DNA of 64,000 nt, from the NCBI GenBank assembly GCA_951406725.2, contig OX597833.1, forward strand, positions 39,122,001 through 39,186,000. The letters run 5' to 3'. Positions 56,225-64,000 of this stretch are shown here, in pieces. The notes beneath the pieces were generated by a model, which ran no database searches, was not told the origin of the DNA, and saw nothing but the letters and a program-made list of their open reading frames with translations. The stretch's first letter is position 1; each line of letters starts with the position of its first letter. The translations under genes and the position numbers were made by a program. This DNA comes from Octopus vulgaris. Lineage: Eukaryota.

Positions 56225-58109
56225 CTATTTTCTATTATTTACATTATTATACTACATATAATTTTTATAATATTTTTGTATGTTAAATATATTATTTTAT
56301 TAATGATGTTCTTAAACTATGTATATTATTTTATTACATTTCTAAATCATTTTGTATGTTATCTCTATCACTACTTTAAAAATAATGAGTATCTTTTATC
56401 ATCTTTTCTGTTACTCATAGTCGAACAAATTGACCCCAGTACTTAGGTACTTATATTTGGTTACTTATTCTATTAGTGGAGGCTCATGGTCTAGTAGTTA
56501 GAGCAGCGGACTCGCAGTCAAGGGATCGCGGGTTCGAATCTCAGACCAGGTGATGTGTGTGTTTATGAGCAAAGCACCTAAGCTCCACGCAGCTCTGGCA
56601 GAAGGTAATGGCGAACTTCTGCTGACTCTTTCGCCACAACTTTCTCTCACTCTTTCCTCCTGCATCTTGCAGCTCACCTGCGATGGACCAGTGTCCCATC
56701 CAGGTGGGGAACCTATACACCAGGGAAACTAGGAAACTGGGCCTTATGAGCCAGGTGTGGCTCGAGAAGGAACAAACAACTTATTCTACAAGTCTCTTTT
56801 CACTGAACCACTAACATACAGGAATGTAAACAAACCAACACCAGTTGTTATGTGGTGGTGAGGGACAAAGATGCACACACATAGATGTACAAAAAGTAAA
56901 GCTTCGCACGCATAGACTTATACTCGTACGTACATACATATATACATACATGCATGCATGCATGTATGTATATATGAACACTCACACATATATGTGTATG
57001 TATTTGACCGGCTTCTTTAAGTTTCCAATTATAATACGTCAGTCAGCCCAGGAATATAGTAGAAGACACTTGCCCAAGGTGTCACAGAGTGGGAGTGAAC
57101 TTGGAATCATGTGGTTGGAAAGCAAACTTCTTAACCAACCTTGTCTACACCTATAGGATAAATTACTGAGAGACCAGAATTTCACATGTCTACAATGCCA
57201 TGCAGTGGGATTGAACCCCAGAACCATGTGGTTGGGAAGCAAACTTAACAAATATGGCGCTATACATGAAAACTGAATGAAAATGAAATTGTAATGCAAA
57301 TAACATAAATAATACAAGAAATAATATGAAACATTATTTGAAAATATGATTATAAAAAGAATATGAAAATAATATAAAAACAATGCAAATATATAATAAT
57401 TAAAATATGAAGATAATATGAAATAAAAAACAACAAATGATATATAATGTGATAATGAAAGGGATAATTTTTTTTATATTATTCGTAAACATTTTTTATT
57501 TGTTTTATTTTTATATGATTATTTTCATGTTATTTTTATATTTTGTCTTATTTTTATTTGCAAAAATGGCAGAAATAAATGCATCATAATCATCATCATC
57601 ATTATCATTACCACCACCACCACCATCATAATGGTAATGATGATGTTTGTACTAGAAATGGAAGTACAATAAAAAAAATAATCGTAAATGAAGTGGAAAT
57701 GAAAGCCAAGATGAAAGAAATTATGCTATAAATAATAAAGTTGGTGCTAACACTTAATGTAGTGCTCCAAACAGTTTTAGTTAATCAAAATTACAGCCAT
57801 AATAAAGAGAAATAATCATTAGCTTTAATGGGATTAGTTCTAGACAAAAAAGGTAGGGCAGACAACTTTGCAGTTCACATTTTTATCTTTTATTTGCTTC
57901 AGTCATTAGACTGTGGCCATGTAGGAGCACTGCCTTGAAGAATTTTAAGTCGAATTAATTGATCCCAGTGCTTGTTTCTTTTAATTAAAGCCTGGTACTT
58001 ATTCTATCAGTGTCTTTTGCTGAACCACTTAATCACAGAGATGTAAACACACCAACACCGGTTGTCAAGCTGTGGTGGCTGACAAATATAAACACAAAGA
58101 CACACAGAT

Positions 58110-58143
<34 letters not shown>

Positions 58144-58441
58144 CTACATATATATTTACAACATAACAAGCTTCTTTCAGTATCCATCTTCCAAAACTTA
58201 CAAGACTTTGGTTGGCTGGAGAAGTGACTTGTCCAGGCTTCCATGCCGTGGAACTGAGCCCGGAAACATGTAGTTGGGAAGCAGACTTCTTACCTAACAG
58301 TTACACCTGCACTGATAAAAACGATCACAGAGCAAGTGACGCTATCCCATTTTTGTCTTTAGTTCCTCCTTACAAACATAATAGAATTAAGTGGTATAAA
58401 TGCATATGGCTTCAAGACTGCACATAAGCAGAGGCACTTAC

Positions 58442-58570
58442 TCTGGCTGCAGGATGAAAGATGGGTTCATGATCCTTCTGGCTAACACGATATTCAAAGA
58501 CCTAGATGATAAGTACTTGTTAGCATTAGCAAGAGATTGGACTGGCATCTTGAATGCATGCAGTGATTGT
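58442..58570 (-). CDS. Candidate 129-nt internal exon of an unidentified gene
   Basis: Acceptor ttttcAG and donor GA|GTAAGT; one open frame on this strand, QSLHAFKMPVQSLANANKYLSSRSLNIVLARRIMNPSFILQP; no homolog recognised. Confidence 0.35.
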
Positions 58571-59651
58571 CTGAAAATTGACATTACAAAAGTTGGATGT
58601 AAAAAACTAGCAAACCTAATTAGGTGAATCCTGTTAGACAGATATTGCTTGGATTTATCCAGCATTGATAACACTACAGCAGGTTATTCAGATCATACTT
58701 TGGTTTATTTCAGGTTAGCATAACAGGTATAAAGTTAATTTTTCATACTTTTGGCCATGTTCTCAGCAGTTTCTTTAAGTTCCAATTTGAATGAAAAGTA
58801 AGAATAGAGAGTGAGGCACTGCAACTCAATGTGTTTTACAAAAGGTGGGTAAGAGTGTCAAGGCTGTTGAGTTTAACCAGGTCTCTTTTTGTTGTGAGAC
58901 TGTAGGGAGGAAACAAAAACTGCAGAAGGGGAAATCAATCCAGAACCTTGTGTGGATTTCCCCCCACCATAGCGGTTCCTTCTTGTTAATATTTTATAGC
59001 TACATATAGTTTTGTTGATTTTTACCTTGTTTTGTGTTGTTTTCCATTGTTTGCCCCACAATCTTTTGGGAATTGTGACCAATAGAAGGAACTATTATTA
59101 TTATCGATTTTTTTACTACCTACAAGGGGCTAACCACAGAGGGGACAAACAAGGACAGACAAACGGATTAAGTCGATTACATCGGCCCCAGTGCGTAACT
59201 GGTACTTTATTTATCGACCCTGAAAGGATGAAAGGCAAAGTCGACCTTGGTGGAATTTGAACTCAGAACGTAACAGCAGACGAAATACGACTACGCATTT
59301 CGCCCGACATGCTATCGTTTCTGCCACCTCGCCACCTTATTATTATTATCAGTGGCATTTTGTCCATCCTTGTTCTGGGTTGAAATTCTGCCAAAGTCGA
59401 CTTTATCTTTCATCCTTTTGGGGTCGAGGAAATAAGTACCAGTTGAGCACTGGGGTTAATGTAACCGACTTAAAATTTCTGGCTTTGTGCCTAGAGTAGA
59501 AAGGATTAGTATTATTATTATTGAGTGAAAGAGGAGTGCATGCCATTAAAGTGACACTGGGGTAAAATATATGAAGCCCTGTATGTCCATCATGACCACC
59601 TGTCTGTTAAGGGTACACCAGGCACAATTATTATTATTATTGTTGTTGTTG

Positions 59652-59781
<130 letters not shown>

Positions 59782-60994
59782 TGAAGTATATTTGTCACTT
59801 AAATATGGCTAACCCTTAAGGGGCAAATATACTTTATGATGTCGTGCAGCTACAGTTTATACCACGCTCAGAGATTTATTATTGATTATTATTAAAATTA
59901 TTATTATCATTATCATTATTACAGAGGCTGTGAGATGCCTGAATCGTTAGCACACTAGATGAAATGCTTAGCAGTATTTTGTCTGTTGCTATGTTCTGGG
60001 TTCAAATTCCACCAAGGTCGACTTTGCCTTTCATCCTTTCAGGGTCAATTAAATAAGTATCAGTTATGCACTGGGGTCAATGTAATCAACTTAAACCCTT
60101 GCCCCAAATTTGAGGCCTTGTGCTTCCAGTAGAAGGGATTATCCTTATTATTATTATTATTATTATTACAGCTATTTCATGCTATATGCCATGATCATCA
60201 TCATCATCATCATCACCATCATTGTCAACATTTTTAATATTAATTATTGAGAAATGTACAGTATTTGGGAGGGGCACTTCCTTTTGGAAGTCAGAGTATT
60301 CTTGTATGTGCATGATATAATATGCGTATGGTTCCGTGATTGGCCCCTTAGGTGACTAGACTCATTTTCACACACGCGCACACACGCACACACACACACA
60401 CACACACGTACACACACGCATCCGTATCACATCATTTATTTAAATATGTTGTTTGCTACCATGCTCAATATAAACCACTCACCCCTCACCCCCACCATCA
60501 CCACCACCACCTCTGTCACCACCACCACCACCACAACCACCAGCATCACTACCAGTTTTGTAATTTGACCTTGTAATAATGCCCCTCATCCGTCACCCTT
60601 GTAGCAATAAATGAAATCATTATTAACAGAAATCATTATTATAAGGATTTTCTTCCCTTTAGAAAATTTTTTCATTTTACAACTTTGTTTTATATGTCTT
60701 GTTTTATGATGAATTCAATGTCTTACATTTTTTTTTTAAACATTCCATCATTTTGTTGTTACTGTTCCTTAGAAATAAATTAAATATTCTTTGTATTACA
60801 TTTCGCTATTTTTTGAGAAATCAATTTGTATGTTATCTACTTTTTTTTATTATATATTTATTTACTTAACGATATTTTATTTTGATATATTTTTGTATTT
60901 TTTTTCTAAAAATTACAGAAATGCTCATCATCGTTTTTGTTTTGGATTGTTTTTCAAACAATTTGAATATTTATTTTTTTCATTATTATTATAA

Positions 60995-61067
<73 letters not shown>

Positions 61068-61732
61068 TTCATTTTTGAAAGAAAGAACAAAATAATAACA
61101 CATTATGACATCTTGAAGAATTTAATGGAATGTCTCCACAAATATGGTTTTCTTATCCCAAAAAATAAAAAAAATTCGATGTCACTTTTATTTTTAATTT
61201 TATTCAATATATCATTGAAAATAAAATGAAAAATATGATGTCAGCCAATTTTTCTCACATTTTATTTTATTTTTAATGATGGTTGTTAAGTCAAAGTGTT
61301 GTGTTTAGTGATAGTGTTACACTTCTCTGAGTGAGGCTCTGAAAAACTCATCTTCCTCCAGTTTGCCTGTATGATGAACAGGAACCATTGCCATGTCATT
61401 TATGGATGGATGATAAGCAGTAGGAAGAGAATAACTAGCTGCTGTAGTATTCATATATAAGTACATGTGTATTTGTGAGTCAATTTATATTTGTAGGAGT
61501 ATATATGTACACATACAAATATATATTCTTTTATTTTTTACTGGTTTCAGTCATTTGACTGTGGACATGCCGGAACACTGCCTTTAGTCAAACAAACTGA
61601 CCCCAGAACTTATTCTTTGTAAGCCTAGTACTTTATTCTATTGGTTTCTTTTGCTGAACCACTAAGTTACGGGGACGTAAACACACTAGCATTGGTTGTC
61701 AAGTGATGGTGGGGTGACAAACAGACACACAA

Positions 61733-61777
<45 letters not shown>

Positions 61778-61920
61778 ATGGGCTTCTTTCAGTTTCTGTC
61801 TTCTAAATCCACTCATAAGGTTTTGGTCAGCCTGAGGTTATAGTAGAAGACACTTGCCCAAGGTACCATGCAGTGGAACTGAATGCAGAACCATGTGGTT
61901 GGGAAGCAAGCTTCTTATCA

Positions 61921-62457
61921 CAGGGTGGGCCAAAAGTAGTTACGCACTTTTTAAATTAACTTATCTAGTTTTGTACAGGCACTGTGAATAAAGGAAAATA
62001 ATTTGAGTCGAGAACAAAGGAAGTGGATTCTAAAGCAGTATTGGAAGACTGAAAATGCTGAACAGATGCATACAGCATCGAAGAGAAGTATTTGATACTT
62101 CTCCATCAACATGACTGACAATTTATTATATGAGATAAATTTGTAAAAATAGTTTCAGTGGTTAATGCACTGAAATCTGGATGTCCTAGGATGTCAATGA
62201 GTGAAGAAAATGAGATGAGAGTCACTTTAACATTTGTGAGCAGTCCAAAAAAGTGCATAATCAGGAGCTATCCATACCAAGACTCAAATTATTTGCCATT
62301 ATTCATGGTACCTTTAAAAAAATACTTTAATTTCAAAAGCATATACCTACATTTCTAGAATTTATGAGATTATACTGCATTTCATAAAAGTAATAAATAA
62401 GTGTAAATGTAATAAAATGAAAAAATTTTGAAGTGTATATCTACTTTTGGCCCACTG
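61921..62457 (+). mobile_element. Internally deleted Tc1/mariner transposon
   Basis: TIRs CAGGGTGGGCCAAAAGTAG / CTACTTTTGGCCCACTG; N-terminal remnants EQRKWILKQYWKTENAEQ and KSGCPRMSMSEEN. Confidence 0.75.
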
Positions 62458-63076
62458 TATGTATATATGTATGTATATTTTCATATGTGTGTGTACGGTG
62501 GGGTGTATAGCAAGGAAAATAATGGAGGTACTGGTATTATATTTATTCCTTGGTTACACCTGTTTCAACAGCACATGGATTAAATAAACCATTTAACAAG
62601 CTGGAAAACATGAATATGAGCAACAATTTTGTTGCATTGATTATTTAATATTATGTAATGTAAAATCCAGATGTGGCAGTGTGGTAAGAAGTTTATTTCC
62701 AAACTATATGGTTCTGGGTTCACTCCCACTGTGTAGCATCTAGGGCAAGTGTTTCTACCACAATCTCAGGCTGACCAAAGCCTTGTTAATGGACTTTGTA
62801 GGTGGAAACTGAAAGAAACTCATTATACATATAGGTATTTACATATGTGTATTTGTGTCTGTGTTTGTCCCTCCTCATTGCTTGACAACTGGTGTTGGTG
62901 CATTTACATCTCCATAACTTAGCGGTTTGGCAAAAGAGACCAACAGAATAAATATCGAGTTTAAGATAAAATAAAAAACAAGTGCAAACACAGAAATAAT
63001 AGCATATATACACACACACATGCACACATACACCCACACACACATACATGCATGCGTACATGCATGCATGCATACA

Positions 63077-63112
<36 letters not shown>

Positions 63113-63805
63113 TATAATATATTTGTTTTGCAAGATTCTTTATATGAATTCGTGTATTGAAACAGATATTGTTGTATTTGGGGATGGTCATGTTGCCAGT
63201 TTAGCCAATGAAAACACACGCTCTATATATTTGGTGTTTATTTGCTTCAGCTTTATTTTATATATATGTGTATAGATGTATGCATTTGTGTGTGGGTGGG
63301 GTATGAGGCCAAGTAGTTAGGGTTGGACTGTTGTAACCACAATATGTAGCAACCAAATCTCTTTCAAATCACTCTTACCATCTTAAAAAAGATTTTGTTT
63401 GGTTGATTTAATCCTAGATACATAATCCTTCCTACTATAGGCACAGGACCTGAAATTTGTGGGGAGGGGGCTTGACAATTACATAATCCCCATTATCTAA
63501 CCCACCCTCCACCCAGTACTTATTCCATTGAACCTTAAAGAAGAGGAGGCAAAGATGACGTTGGTGGAATTTAAACTTAGAACACAGAGATTGACGAAAT
63601 GTTAAGCATTTTGCCCTGAGCGCTACCAATTCTGCTAGCTCACTGCCTTGATAATAAAGGAGGGCAGGACACCAACACATACGCAAAGACACACACACAT
63701 TGGTATATATCAGGTTGAGTAAAAAGTAAGCAATGTTTTGAACCATGAAAAATTTGTACCTGATTTTTGCAGTTTGGAATTTTTTTAAACATCTTTTTTG
63801 CATTT

Positions 63806-64000
63806 GATAAATATGGAGACCTGAGAATTGAGATTGCTAAGATGTGACACCTATGAGAGTCAAACATAAAGGTTATCCCTATTGTTATCAGAGCACTGGG
63901 TTCAATACCACCCAATCTGAAAAGTCATCTGAAAACTTTGGAAATGCCCTACAATCTCGGTGTATTGCAAAAGTCGGCATTACTTGGAACTGCACACATA
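63806..64000 (+). pseudogene. R4/Dong-type LINE C-terminus (restriction-like endonuclease region), runs off the window
   Basis: DKYGDLRIEIAKM*HL*ESNIKVIPIVIRALGSIPPNLKSHLKTLEMPYNLGVLQKSALLGTAHI. Confidence 0.8.

Noticed and set aside
58400-58627. Plus-strand 75-aa ORF (MKDGFMILLANTIFK..)
   Set aside because: In-register antisense of the minus-strand exon candidate, which has better splice signals; not fully excluded.

Overview
AT-rich, microsatellite-saturated eukaryotic DNA that is almost entirely intronic or intergenic. The dominant tRNA-derived SINEs resemble Octopus (coleoid cephalopod) families; this is recognition from memory, not a database search. Nearly all ORFs in the supplied track are translated simple repeats, and no intact protein gene could be identified; there are only a few exon-like minus-strand segments. 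Recognisable content: several SINE families, Tc1/mariner elements (one full-length with DD36E spacing) and MITEs, 3' ends of RTE, CR1/L2 and R4/Dong LINEs, two Penelope-like (PLE) endonuclease relics, and a CpG-decayed GC-rich fragment that looks like the 28S rRNA D8/ES27L segment. The main signal is about ten type I hammerhead ribozyme (HHR) motifs from at least four non-autonomous element families. They include a fully canonical HHR in a ~310-330 bp tandem array (retrozyme-like), a tRNA-headed SINE-like element with an HHR tail, and fold-back copies whose inversion point lies at the ribozyme core. All structures were paired by hand.
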